Source: Lingula anatina
Lineage: Eukaryota; Animalia; Brachiopoda
Assembly (NCBI GenBank): GCA_051362555.1
Contig: CM120644.1
Span: forward strand, 566,954-630,953
Length of the DNA stretch: 64,000 nucleotides
Direction: 5' to 3'
Position 1 is the first letter of the stretch, and each line of letters starts with the position of its first letter. A program made the position numbers and the translations under genes. Shown piece after piece: positions 51,238-64,000 of this stretch. The notes beneath the pieces are model-generated. The model searched no databases. It was given only the letters and a program-made list of their open reading frames with translations, and had not been told where the DNA came from.

Positions 51238-53437
51238 AATTGTACCACCAGCGTAGGCGCTGGCGGTACACATGGTTTTAGTCCCGACCCATATGTTCCG
51301 CCGGCTCCGCCGGCTCCGCCGGCTCCTGCGGCTCCGCCGCCAAGTCACCGTTACCGCTTCTCCTCCTAGACGGTAATGGCCTCCATACCCATCTCTTGGA
51401 TTTAGGTCACCTATAATCTCAACTCGTTCCACGTAAAATTTGGGCTTTGTCGGTATTGGGGTCTAGGTGTGGCACTCATTGCAATGCACCCTTGTCCAAA
51501 AATGGCAAAATTAAATGCTAATTATCTCCCCTACGGAAGGAATTATGGGAAAAATTTCTACAGACAGCTTTCCAAAAGTCATATGTGTAGATTTCAAATA
51601 TGCCCTTGGATTTGACCTTTGACCTTTATTTCAAGGTCAAACGGGCCAAAATTTTCAAAAAAACAAAATTTTTGCCGAAAAAAAAATTATTTGGGGTCTT
51701 ATTCAGACACCACACAGACTTAACTAATAATATTAATGGAAAGTGTTACCCTTCAGGTCATCTTTCATCTCTGTGAATTTGGGGTCAATCGGTGCATTTT
51801 CACGGGAGTAGCGGCCATAAGATATCGAAACTGAAAACTGTCTCTAAATTGGGAACCGTTAATGCTAGACACCCATTCTTTTTTGCATTTTGTAGAGCAT
51901 GTAAAGCCCAACACTGGAAGTGGTCTCCGTTTTTTTGTATTCCATACGATTTTCGAGTTACGCTGTATCAAAAAGTACATATTGGTGGTGAAAGCAAAAT
52001 GTGCAGTACGGTAATGGATAATAAATTTTGAACTCCGGAAAAATAAAACATAAGGCTTGGCAAAGCAGACAACTTGTGGTGAAAAATGACATTATTTCAT
52101 CAAATTTGAACATCTGGAACTTCAGAGCACCTCCCATTTCAAGAATTTTGACCAAAATGACCTTTTCTTTATTTTAATTAATTTTTTCTGTAGGAAATTT
52201 ATGGCACATTATGGTAACTCCAAAATTATAACATTTAGTCCCTTATATCTCCAAAACTGGCAGAGATAGGTCCATAGTTTCTATTGAACTTGAATAGGAA
52301 GTCATATACTGGCAATCTAAATGTGACCTTAAAATTGACCTTTGACCTACTTTTCACCATGAACTGAACTTGCAAATTTTGCTTCCCTTTTATCTCAAAA
52401 ACTGGCAGAGATAGGTCCATAGTTACTATTGAAGTTGAATAGGAAGTCATATACTGGCAATCTAAATGTGACCTTAAAATTGACCTTTGACCTACTTTTC
52501 ACCATGAACTGAACTTTGCAAATTTTGCTTCCCTTTTATCTCCAAAACTGGCAGAGATAGGTCCATAGTAACTATTGAACTTGAATAGGAAGTCATATAC
52601 TGGCAATCTAAATGTGACCTTAAAATTGACCTTTGACCTACTTTTCACCATGAACTGAACTTTGCAAATTTTGCTTCCTTTTATCTCCAAAACTGGCAGA
52701 GATAGGTCCATAGTTTCTATTGAACTTGAATAGGAAGTCATATACTGGCAATCTAAATGTGACCTTAAAATTGACCTTTGACCTACTTTTCACCATGAAC
52801 TGAACTTTGCAAATTTTGCTTCCCTTTTATCTCCAAAACTGGCAGAGATAGGTCCGTAGTTACTATTGAAGTTGAATAGGAAGTCATATACTGGCAATCT
52901 AAATGTGACCTTAAAATTGACCTTTGACCTACTTTTCACCATGAACTGAACTTTGCATAGTTTGCTTCCCCTTTATCTCCAAAACTGGCAGAGATAGGTC
53001 CATACTTACTATTGAACGTGAATAGGAAGTCATATACTGGCAATCTAAGTGTGACCTTGAAATTGACCTTTGACCTACTTATTATCATGAACTGAACTCT
53101 GCTAATTTCTTTCTCTTTTAACTCCAAACCTGGCAGAGATAGGCCCATAGTTACTATTGAAGTTGAATAGGAAGTCATATACTGGCAATTTACTGTGACC
53201 TTGGAATTGACCTTTGACCTACCTTGCGATGAACTTAACTTTGATTGTACCATTTTTAGTAATATATATATTTTTTGCATATTTTGAAAATTCTTGTTGA
53301 TTGCATTTTTACAGCTTGTCAAGCACAAGACTGGTGGCTGTGTTCCTTATTTTGTATATGTGGGGGTCTATATGAATGCGCTTGCTCCAGCTGGTGGTAC
53401 AATATTCGGAGGCGGTATCGCCTCTCTGATCCTCTAG
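51238..53437 (+). mobile_element. HINE-A, full length
   Basis: 5' subTIR TTGTACCACCAGC with adjacent inverted GCTGGCGGTACA, (CCGGCTCCG)n repeat, ~7 x 145-146-bp core repeats (52240-53240), 3' subTIR 53390-53402, terminal hairpin, T-rich flanks, no TSD: DINE-1/Pearl-type layout. Confidence 0.9.
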
Positions 53438-55441
53438 TTTTGTATCGTGATCTGCCTGAAAAACTGGCTCAGTTATCTGCACTTAAGGGCAGAGACTCGC
53501 ATAGACTGGACTATATTCATTATGATAAAAAAAGTTATAAAAATATCACAGTCCTATTATAAGGAAATTATTAATATTTCTGGAGAACTGGAATGTCAAG
53601 TCAGGTGAATGCACCAAGCTAGAGAGGGGAAGTTGACTTTTGGCCCATAGGTCATGTATAAACTGCTGAAAAAGTCTTTAAAATAAGTACCAAAATGAGC
53701 AGCATAAACCTCCCAAGTTGAATTCAGCAGACCTGTCAAAATACTTCCATAAATACCAAAGAGTATCAGAAAATAATTGTTATATTTTCATTGTTGGTTG
53801 TATGCAATGTGTATATAAGATGAATGGCAAGTTTTTAATGAATATCTTTTTATCTGAATTGTCATTATCTTCTTTCATGTGCTTTTTTTAGTTGATTTTA
53901 TATCACTTTTCTTGAACTAATCATAAGAGGCCGTAAAAGACAGGTGGTGATGTCACAGCTGGTAGTCTGGTGGTACCTTCTCACTTTATTTTTCAAGTTC
54001 CGTCGTGTAATTTTTTTCTGCAGTTGAAAATTTTATTATTCAAACTGTGACTGTAAATGGTCATATTACATTGGAAACAGTTGCACAAATAACATATAAC
54101 AATTTTTAAAAGTCTCTCTCTCTCTCTCTCTCAGCTGAGTTGTAGGTACATGTAGGTATAGAACATGTAATTGGACAGAATTGGCTTTGACATGAATTGC
54201 ATGGTGTTACAAAAATACCTGGAATAGGTGATGATAGAACAGTGATTAGCATTCAGGTAAATTGACTCCGTAGTTTTTAGTACATTCAGACACCAGCAGC
54301 TCAAATAGGCCCAAGTCTATAAAATATGACAGTAGAGGAATAAATTGATCTACAGGTCCCTGGTAATAGTATTAAAGAACATATTTTATGCCTGAGTAGG
54401 CAGAGAAGCATCCACCAGCAAACTTATTGCTGATTATTTGATAATATTCCGTTCACATCAACATTCTCCAGAAGTAATGTCAACCACAATGTTCTCCATA
54501 TATTGCAGACGTTTTTATGTTAAGTAATTGATATGTATGTATTTAGGCGAACATTAAATTACTATCTGCTAATAGTAAAGTTACCACTAATGAGGGCAAA
54601 AGGCAACAAACAATTACTTAAGTTCTGTCATACATTTGTTCAGAGCTGTGTATTTCTGCTTTATCAGGCTTAGGAGATGTTGTGTGTGTGTGTGTGTGTG
54701 GGGGGGGGGGGGGGAGGGGTCGATGGGTGGGGGGGAGATGAAGAGATGGTGAGAGATGAACTCATAATTAGCTTCCAATTTGACACAGTTTACTACTAGT
54801 ACATATACTGAATACATGTTAACACTGCAGCCTTTACTGATCCATCAGGTTTTGATTATCAGATCAGTTGCTATATGTACAAAATAAAATCAGGACAGGT
54901 ATTGGTTGCCAACTTGCACTTTTTGTTTTGATATCCTATTATTTTTTTATATTGTTGATAAAATTGTAAACATTTAGTGACACCAAGCTAGGCCACTATA
55001 TGAATCCTGCTTGTCACAGTAAAGAGAAATCACACACCTTTAAATTTGTTCATAAAATATATCAAAACCATATATATAATAAACTGAAATCAGTTTCACC
55101 TCCTTTATTTCCAAATATTTCCAGAGAAAGATTTGCAGAAAGAAAAACTATAATTACAAAATAAAAAACATCAATTTGAAATCGAATCTAAAGATAAGAA
55201 GGAAGACATTATTAAAGATTACTAAGAAAGAAAGAAATCGGGAATATGTATTTAGCTGGGACATTGTTTGCAGAAACCATGTAGTAATTTCCAGCATCTC
55301 CAGTGAGATCTCTGCAGACCAAGTGAAGTGAACTGTGAATGTCTGAGGTTGATAAGGTCAGCACAGTTGTTCTACCTGTTTAGGTATCATATTATTGTAC
55401 AATATACCACTTTAATTATGGCTCTCAGCAGTTTGGTCCAC

Positions 55442-55609
55442 CAGGCTGGTAGCCAGCAATTTCAAAAGGGGGGTTCTTTTTCTGAATAATTGGACCTTTT
55501 TCCATAAATACTTTATGTATCTAGATCAAATTTTACCCAGAGTGGACCTTTTCCCAGTAAAAGGGGCGGTTCTTTCGAACCCCCTGAACCCCCCCTGGCT
55601 ACGGGCCTG
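55442..55609. mobile_element. ~168-bp MITE with 5-bp TSD; relatives at ~8628-8780, 23362-23510, 29529-29696, ~38645-38815
   Basis: TCCAC|CAGGCTGGTAGCCAG...CTGGCTACGGGCCTG|TCCAC; shared body GCAATTTCAAAAGGGGGGTTCTTTTTCT. Confidence 0.8.
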
Positions 55610-58240
55610 TCCACACTACAGAGGGTGTTTGCTGAGGCTGAGGTGATACATGCTTCAAATACCTGTTTTAACGTTAATTAGAATTAATACTCTGCTGTAT
55701 GTATTGGATAAAGTTGTCATACAGGGCAAATATATGGAGAATAATAATACAAATTAAATATTTTTCGCCAGCTTAATTCACCTTTACTTGGTTATTTAAT
55801 GAAAACATTACAATCACTTTATTCACCATAGCACTTCCTAAATGTCCTCAGGACAATTTTTTCTTAGATTCCGTGCTCTAGAATTCCTGTGATATTGGCT
55901 TTTTCACAGATAAAGTTTGAAGTCTTAAATCTGAAAGATATACTTCAGATTAATTGCTTATCTATCAGTAGTTACATTGGATTGACTTGACACAAAAAAA
56001 TGCCCTGTTTGCATTTTTTAAGTGGAAATCACATTACCAAACTAATTCTCAAAAAATCAAAATGGTTGTAATCCAGCTTTCTGTATGCATACATTAAGAC
56101 CCTTGCTGAATTGATGTAGTCATTATGGGATAAGATTTTCAACGTAAAACACTGTTTTTTGTATCAAACCATTCTGATCTTGGCTGTAGATCTTCTCAGA
56201 AGTGATCTCAGTGAACAGAGCTGTAATCTTCTTCATACAGACATCTGTCTTCATCTGGCTCTGCTTGGAAAAGGCTCTCAGGTCGATCTCCAGTGGAGAT
56301 GCCAACATTTTATTACCTGCTCTCTCCATTTTTTTCTGCAGATAAACCAGGTGTACTTATAACTGTGATAACTGCACATTTATTAAAACTGTACTGTATA
56401 TGTATATAGTCTGCAATAGTTACCTGGGGAGATAGCTGTAAATAATATGCAAGAAATCAAAACTTGTCTCAAGAAAACTCCCAGAATGATAACATGTGAG
56501 ATTTCCATTTGATTTTCATACCATAAGCCCATGTCCATTTTATTTTGCTTAATTAAATAAAAAATAATAATAGTGATAATTTTCCTTTACGAGCCATATA
56601 ACATTTTTTCATGTGTGTGTAGGTAAAATTCCATGCCATTTTTTGCTGTAAGTTTTTTTTTTCTTTTTCTGTAAGTGGCAGGTCATAATTAAGTGAACCT
56701 AGCATTAAGATAATCTATCCTGTCTGACAGCTTCTTAAATACCTTCATCTCTTCCATCCATTAAGAACTCTTTATTAAGCCAATTTCTTGGTTAATTTGA
56801 TTTTCTCCACATTAAAACATCTTCATTTGTACCAGCATAGTTTGATGTTGCTATTTACAGACCAGCTTGCAGCTAGGAGTTGCTGCTATTCTTTAATGTG
56901 TTTATGGGCATGATTTATTCATCAAATACAAAATTTTAGCTGCTCTGGAAATAAAATATTACAATCACAATCAGATTGGAGGTAAGCCTTTTAGTTTTAC
57001 CTATAGTAAGTCTTAATTCTCACTGTTGCATACTAGCATGTATATAATACAATGCAATATGTTTGTGCAGCCAGTAAATTGTGTGTTTTCTACCTTGTTT
57101 TCCAGGAATCTAAGACATATGCCCCCCCCCCCTCCTCACCTATCTCATAGGCTTATATTTATTACCTAGATACTTCTGGAACAACTTGATGCTCACTGAC
57201 AAGGTTACTTTTACTGCTGGGTGGATATTGTAGAAATTCCTCCAAGTAGTAGGTGAAGGATAACCCTTTTCTTTTTTTAATAAGAACTTAAAGTGCATTA
57301 TGGAATTTTTAAATATTTTTGGTTAATTTGATGATAAGAGCGGTATTATACATATATATATCTCTGTTAAATTTTGCAAATTTTGTATTTTGTGGTATTT
57401 ATTTTAGAAGCAAATGAAGGCACTCTAGGTCATCAAGAATAATTTGAAATGATCAGAATTGTCTTCATTTGTGATTTTCCATAAATATGTATTAATTTTT
57501 CCATAATTCTTTGATGATGAATGGATTGGAATGATGGACCTCATCAACCAATGTTTTTTTGGAAGTGAGTTACACAGTTTTAGATTAAACCCATGTAATT
57601 TGAATAAAGTGACTGAAATCTTTAACACCCTATAAGTAATGTAGTGTTAAATCAAAACATGTTATTTTACTAAATTACATATGTTGTACTGATTCAAGAG
57701 ATCTGTTAGAATAAACCAGGGGTTACACAATAGGGCGGAATTCAAGGTGGTAGATGTTATAAGATGCAGCTTCCTAAACATCCCGCGCAGCCTACTGCGT
57801 CCTGCGCCATTCTGCCATGTTTAGAAATCTTTAACTGAAGTCAGAACCAATCAAATATCTCTTAAAATACAAAAGATGTAAAAGAAGGCAGATGTTGGAA
57901 ACAATAGTAAGGATATTTACAAAACGTGGCAATGGTTTTTTATTTATTGAACAACATGGGTGGTCTCGAGTTTTATTGTTGTGAGGTGTAGTATTTTTAG
58001 CTTTTGGATGATTTGCTTTTTTCCCCTTTGCTTTGTGTATGATTGCATGGTGTTGGTGCACTTAGACTTTGGATGCTAGCTAGGCACAGCAAGATTCAAA
58101 AGACATTACAAATTCTCATTTCAGATTTTTAAAAAATGTGGTAATGGCTGAATTTTTTAATTATTTCAGCTTTTTTTTTTAAACTTGTTTAAATTATTCA
58201 TGTGGGTTAATTTAAAACTGCGAGCAGAACTTGTTAAAAA

Positions 58241-58305
58241 TGTGCATGTGTGTGCCGGCCTGCATGCATGTGTGAGTACTGTATGTATGAGTGATTGCAT
58301 GTGTG

Positions 58306-58347
<42 letters not shown>

Positions 58348-58472
58348 TACATGTGTGCATGTGTGTGTGTGTGTGAGTACATGTGTGCATGTGTGTGTGT
58401 GAGTGCATGTGTGTGTGTGTGTGAGTACATGCGTGCTTGTGTGTGTGTGTGAGTACATGCATGCATGTGTGT
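58241..58472. repeat. Interrupted (TG)n array with GAGTACATG units
   Basis: Read directly; source of the His/Thr-rich ORFs. Confidence 0.95.
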
Positions 58473-59120
58473 GGGGGAAGGGGGGGAGAGAGATTCTTCA
58501 CTTAATAAATTAACACTCATTTTGATACTAAAAATTAAATGGATGAAATAAAACTCCAATAACAAGCCTCCAGTCCCCAGGCTCAGCCACATGGTTTTAC
58601 TATTAACGTGAACACTCTGCAAGTTATTGGCATAAACTGAGGTAAACCCTGTGTGCAATTTCACGGCAATCTTTTTCCACTGATTTTCTCAGCATGAGCC
58701 AGGATCTGCCGCTAACAGTGGTTGACATTCAGAGGAATAAATTCTAGGAAATGTTTCTGAGATGGACCCCTGGGGTGAGGCTACATTTAATTCCAATGCC
58801 AGGAGCTACGGATGAAAAATGTGAAAAGTAAGATTGCAACTACAAATATGCAGGGCTGTGGAATCTGGGGTTCACGCTGTTTGTACCTAGTTTGTTCACA
58901 CTGAGGGAAGTCAATTTGACAAATAAGTGAGAATTCTGCCAGATCTGGTTGTACAAGTTTACTGCCAATTTCCTGGACTGATGCTGATGAAACATTTCCT
59001 GGAGGAACTTTAAACAGCATTAAGTAGTTCAGATTTAGAATGAAACCAGAACTGGTTTGGCTTTGACAGTGTTAACCCAAATGTCAACAAAATAGATTTA
59101 ATATCAATTCAGTGAACTAA

Positions 59121-59335
59121 GGCTGTATTCCCAGAGCTTTTAGATCGATCTATCCCCGCGGGGAGTCTCACTAGATTACTGTCAGATAATCCGACTTAAA
59201 TGTCCGTCCCGCCTACTACAAGCTGTAAGGGGGTAATTAACTTTCGTGCCCGCTTGGCTGACAGCTATTTAGCGTGAACCCCCAGGGAGTTAGGTAGATC
59301 TAAAGTAGATCGATCTAATCTCTGGAAATGGGGTC
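59121..59335 (-). mobile_element. PIF/Harbinger-like MITE, family 1
   Basis: Reverse complement of 1424-1638; TAA on both sides. Confidence 0.8.
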
Positions 59336-59810
59336 TAAGATAAAGGTGGGGTATCTTTTAAGACTACACTCTGCACAGAAACTGAGAGTGTATGACAGCA
59401 TTCTGCTCAAATTAAGTTGTATATAATCCACAAAGAGGTCAAATCGTTCAGGTATCATGTCTGCTCAATCAGGCCCTGTAAGACAGTTGCTGTCACCCAA
59501 GTCACTGCATGAGTTAATGCACTCAACCTGCTGAACTGCTGAACCAATATCAAAAGATCAGCATCTTATTTTGATGGAAGCAGGTGTGTTCCCAGCTATA
59601 CTTGGTAGGTGTGAAGGTTTTACTCGCTGATGGTAAAATAGCAAATATGGTGAACAGGAATGGCTCGCAGCAACTTTTTGTTATAAAATGTTATTTTTAA
59701 TTAACTCTGAGACCTCTGAAGTTTCAGAAACAATGCACCTTTGAACTAATGAATCTTTTGACATTTGGGTAGCAAATCTTGGCTGTAATGCCACTCAAGT
59801 TGTTCAGGAT

Positions 59811-59900
59811 TATTTTCAGCTTCCAGATATTGGTGTAATTGAACAGTTATGTATTTTCAGCTTCCAGATATTGGTGTAATTGAACAGTTATGTATTTTCA
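59811..59900. repeat. ~41-bp exact tandem duplication
   Basis: TATTTTCAGCTTCCAGATATTGGTGTAATTGAACAGTTATG twice, plus a partial third copy. Confidence 0.9.
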
Positions 59901-60168
59901 CAGTAACGTAACTGGCATCAGACAAGCATGTTTTGTTTTAGTCTAAAAACTGTTTTCTCAGTTTGAATGAAAAAAAAATTCATATTTTCTGTTACCAAAG
60001 TAATAATATCTTATTTTAAAATTGGGGAATTTTATATATGCCACTGTTAGCCTGTTTAAAAATTGATTTAATAAAAAGCCTTGGTAATATATATATTTTG
60101 ATGATTAACAATAATTGTATTTATTTATTTATTTTTTCCAGCTCGTGTCAATGAGTTAAAGTGACAAC

Positions 60169-60291
60169 ATGAAGTTGTCACGAAGTTTCGTCATCTTTCT
60201 CGTGCTGAGTGTACTCATCATTGGGTGTGCAGACAGCAGAAAACGCAGGCGAAATCTCTTCAAACGATGGAAGAACTTCAAGAGTGACAGG
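60169..60291 (+). CDS. First coding exon of an unidentified secreted or membrane protein (signal peptide); gene continues beyond this exon
   Basis: Acceptor ttttttccag| at 60141, donor G|GTAAGT at 60292 (phase 0). ATG 60169 gives MKLSRSFVIFLVLSVLIIGCADS-RKRRRNLFKRWKNFKSDR: basic n-region, hydrophobic h-region, A-x-S cleavage site. Confidence 0.75.
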
Positions 60292-60921
60292 GTAAGTTGT
60301 TATCCAGAGCTCTTCATCACTGAAGCATTAAATTGATACCTGTACGACATCCATTAAAGCATGTTTGTTGGGTATATATCGTATAAATACAGAAGACAAA
60401 ATGATTTATGTGATTGGGTTTCTCAGTACTGCTACAACCATTGTAGTGCTCTCATAAAAATCAGAGATGTTAAGTGATAAAAGTGAAAAAAATCTAAGTG
60501 TGGAAGTTACAAGCATTTATTTCCTTTCTGATTACATCTTGTTGGGTATGCTGCTTCTACATCAAAGGTATTCTTTTTTTTTACTTGTACATAACCATCT
60601 TTCTTGATTGTTGTAATCATTGTAGAAGTCGCTGAGCACTCAATGATAATAAGTATATCAAAGAACAAATATTTATAACAATAACTTACTGACAATTTAA
60701 AGAAAACTCTCTGGAATCACAATTTCACAATTTAATGTTTAAGGATCTGAATTCTGAACAAGTATTCTTGGCCCAAATATCACCTTTGAGGAGCATTGTA
60801 CTGGTACAATATTGTAGTGAAGTGATATTAACAGCATTACCAAAACCAATAATTAACAGGGTGGCTTGGAAGATCTCCATTTTCCAAAAACATTAAACAT
60901 ACTGTGGACAACTACCAGTAT

Positions 60922-63876
60922 CCCAGACAGCCTCAATAATCTGGCCCACGTCTGGCCCAGATCTGGCAACGTCTGGCAATATCTGGGCCAGATTTTGCCA
61001 GACACTTGCCAGATCTGGGCCAAGTCTGGCAAAGTCTGGCATTTATGCCACATTTTGCCAGACACTTGCCAGATCTGGGCCAAGTCTGGCAAAGTCTGGC
61101 ATTTACGCCACATTTTGCCAGATGCTGCCCAGACTTGGGCCAGATATGGTACTTTCATTTTCAATTTTTATTTTCTATTTATTTATTTTTTATTGACCAG
61201 TGAGCTGAATGCTTTTTTCTTCAAAGTCCCCTCATAAGTGTGCTATTTGTTTAATTTGACTTGACATTTGAATGAATTCACTGATCTAAAACTTTTTTGG
61301 ACTACTCGTTCCGCTGTTGTAAGATTCCGCTTTTTATGCTAAGCCGGTCAAGGACCCGGATGTAGCGTTTCTTAGAGTTATGGATATGAAAAAAGCACAA
61401 GCGTATCAAACTGATACAATTTCGTTGAGTGATTTGATTCGTGGTGCGATTTATTTCGAAGGCATCAACACTGGCGACGAGGATAAACACTAGTGCAAAA
61501 CTGTGAGTCAAGTTTCTTTGAAAAAAATGGAGAAAAAATGTGAAATTACGGAATTCGAACCGTACAGAAGTCCGGAGACATTGGGTCACGCTCGACGCGA
61601 TGGCTAGACAGTTTAAACTTTTCGCTGACGGAAAAAGATTGATCTTTTCAAAACCAACGAACGGCATGAATAATGAACAAAGATAGAAAATTAAAAATAC
61701 ATGACAAAGGAGACGCGCGCTTATGTTGTATTCAGCAGGGACAGGTGTACAACTTACAAGATATTTTCAGGACTCTCCCAAACACAGGTTAGAAACATGA
61801 ATATACATAAGACAGTTAACGCTTTGAATGAAATTGGAACACCAGAAACTGAGTATGATGAAACTGAAGTCATTTGACAAACCAAGCCAGTCTAAACATT
61901 ACGAGTTTAGACATGAAAAACGAAGTAGAAACTCCCTGACTGAGAAAACATGGAACGTTGGATCACTTTGCAAAACTCTGCAAAACTGAAACTATTATTC
62001 ATGTAAATGACAGCTTTGAACATGAAAATCCAGGAGTGCATATACATTTGGTGTGGGAACCAATGCACAGAAGACATGGAGGAAATAGAGGAGGTGTTAA
62101 TCTCAGTGTATTACCAGATTCAGGTGCATATTGTAATATCATTGATGAAAATACATGGAGAATGCTGAAATCCAAGAAAAATAAATGTGGCTCTTGTGGA
62201 GGACCAGAAAACAAACAGTATTATTCATGTACACGTCTGAGAAACCTTTAAAAGTGAAGGGAACATTTGAATATGACGTAAAGGCAAGCAAAGGAAGAGA
62301 CCAGTAGTAGTGAAAGGACATGGGATTTGATATGAGTTGATTAGTTTTGAGAATTTTCAGTGTGGTTTAAGGAATAAAAGTTGGAGTTCATATGCTATTC
62401 TGCAAATGTTTGAAAAGACATTTTAAAGACTGAACTGTCAATTAACATGTTTTGAAAGGACCGTTTCTCTCCAAGAAAGGAAGGGATGTTGTGTTTGGAC
62501 TTGACATTTGAATGAACTTTTGTTAACTTGGTAGAGTTACTTGTTCCATTGTTGATTCCTTTAATAATTATAAGCTTGTCAAGGAGGTGGGTGTATCATT
62601 TCTTAGTGTTATGGATTTGAAAAAAGCGCAAGCATTGCAAACTGGTTCAATTCATTGAGTGATTTGATTCGTGATGTGATTTAATTCAAAAGCATTGATA
62701 CTGGGGTTTGTTTTTGTGCACATGTAATTCTCTTTTAATTGTACATCTATATCTGTGCTGGAGTATACATATTTTTTTTTCAGAATTTACATGTATGTAC
62801 AGTACTGTAGCCAGCATGCAAGTTGAATTGAAACAGTTACTGCATGGTTATTTATAATTTTGTTTTAACTCTCCATCATCTAAAAAAGAATGTTTTTTCA
62901 TTCATTATTCAAGATTTATTCATTACAAAACTATATTCATTAGTGATTATTATTATTAATGATATGTTTGAATTAGTTTAAAAATGACAATGTATAATAT
63001 TATTTAGGTTGAGGTGTGCAAAAATATTTCCCCCTCTAATCCCCCCCCCCCCATGTACATGCATAATTAATTACAATTTTTGTAATTTGTGTTAATTCAG
63101 ATTCGATGAGCAGCTTTGTGTTGAAAAAAAAATTGTTGTTATAACTGTTTTCTTTACATGTATGTAAGTGACATTTCCTCCTGTTAAGTGTCTGTATATT
63201 TGCCTTTTTGCAGTGTGTTTTTTTTTTTTTTTTTTTTTTTCAAACATACAAATTGTTTTGTACAAAAAGACAAGGAGTGGCCCTTAATTTGTTGCATGTT
63301 AGTTGCCAGCAAGGTTATATAATGTGTAATAATTTTGTTTAGGCTTTTAGCACAGAATAAATACTTGAATCTTGAATCTTGTATGTCTTTTTTTATAGTT
63401 ATCTTATTGAATAATTAAAAATAATTAAAAAAAGAAAAAAAAAAAAACAATCTGGGCCATATGTGGTCCATGTCCGGCCCTAATCTGGCCCACATCCGGC
63501 ATGCCATACCTTTGCCAGATATTGCCAGATCTGGGCCAGATCTGGCCACATGAGCAAATGTGAAATAATAAAAAAAAACAATCTGGGCCATATGTGGTCC
63601 ATGTCTGGCCCTAATCTGGCCCATTTGAATATGATCTGGCCCATATCTGGCCCACATCTGGCATGCCATACATTTGCCAGATATTGCCAGATCTGGGCCG
63701 ACATCTGGCCATATGAGCAAATGTGGACTGGGCCAGATGTGGCAATGTCTGGGCCAGATCTGGCCCAAACATTGCCACATCTGGCCCACATGTGGCAAGC
63801 CATACCTTTTGCCAGACATTGCCAGACGTTGCCAGATCTGGGCCAGACGTGGGCCAGATCACTGAGGCTGTCTGGG
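60922..63876. mobile_element. 2.95-kb non-autonomous TIR element with dense subterminal TCTGGC/GCCAGA repeats and 2-bp (AT) flanks (CMC/EnSpm-like)
   Basis: AT|CCCAGACAGCCTCA.T.ATCTGGCCCACGTCTGGCCCAGATCTGGCAACGTCTGGCAAT at the left and its reverse complement ending at 63876|AT. Confidence 0.85.
61241..62700 (+). mobile_element. Internally deleted, decayed Gypsy/Ty3 LTR retrotransposon (gag and protease remnants)
   Basis: Two diverged ~215-230-bp LTRs (~61241-61470, 62487-62700); PBS TGGCGACGAGG at 61472; purine tract AAGAAAGGAAGGGA before the 3' LTR; gag-like RRRALMLYSAG..VQ; protease-like VLPDSGAYCNIIDENTW. Confidence 0.8.
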
Positions 63877-64000
63877 ATTGGTCCAGTAACCAGTGGCAGA
63901 ATGAGGGCGGGTGTCAGGGGTTCCTGCCCCCAGCCCCCCCCCCCCTTCAATTTCTGGTCCCCTCTCAAAATTAGAATTTTGACTAGCTGAACTTTAGTTC

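Noticed and set aside
52235-53328. Repeated ORFs (MTSYS..., LPVYDFLF...)
   Set aside because: 146-bp unit is not a multiple of 3, so frames shift each unit.
58166-58664. His/Thr-rich metal-binding proteins
   Set aside because: Translations of a (CA)n microsatellite.
60169-60291. Naming this exon as sclerostin/SOSTDC1-like from WKNFKSD vs WQAFKND
   Set aside because: Similarity too short; no cystine-knot exon in the window.
63415-63990. Trp/Gly/Pro repeat ORFs on both strands (also 60853-61237)
   Set aside because: Arise from TCTGGC/GCCAGA subterminal repeats of the TIR element; open in several frames at once.

Overview
AT-rich, intron-containing animal genomic DNA; the repeat types suggest a marine invertebrate, possibly a mollusc (inference). 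It holds two tandem 4-coding-exon acyl-CoA-binding protein (ACBP/DBI) genes (204-1912 and 22296-26174) made by a segmental duplication whose junction (~9480) carries an orphan, frameshifted terminal exon of PAN2 (9549-9726). A large + strand gene probably starts at ~32.5-34.3 kb with non-coding exons; its first coding exon (60169-60291) encodes a signal peptide. The rest is non-autonomous mobile DNA: two Helentron/HINE-type families with internal tandem repeats, TIR elements and MITEs, and a decayed Gypsy element. None of the ORF-track ORFs looks like a complete gene. Most unusual signals: (1) ACBP copy 1 probably uses the dead PAN2 exon as its 3' UTR exon; (2) a 58-bp repeat multiplies the exon-3 splice acceptor (3 vs 8 copies); (3) a 10.7-kb nest of four same-family HINEs in alternating orientation with ~0.9-1.1-kb inverted arms; (4) an array of perfect DR1 nuclear-receptor motifs inserted just after the copy 1 stop; (5) replacement-biased divergence of ACBP exon 4. 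All splicing and function claims are inferences from sequence alone.
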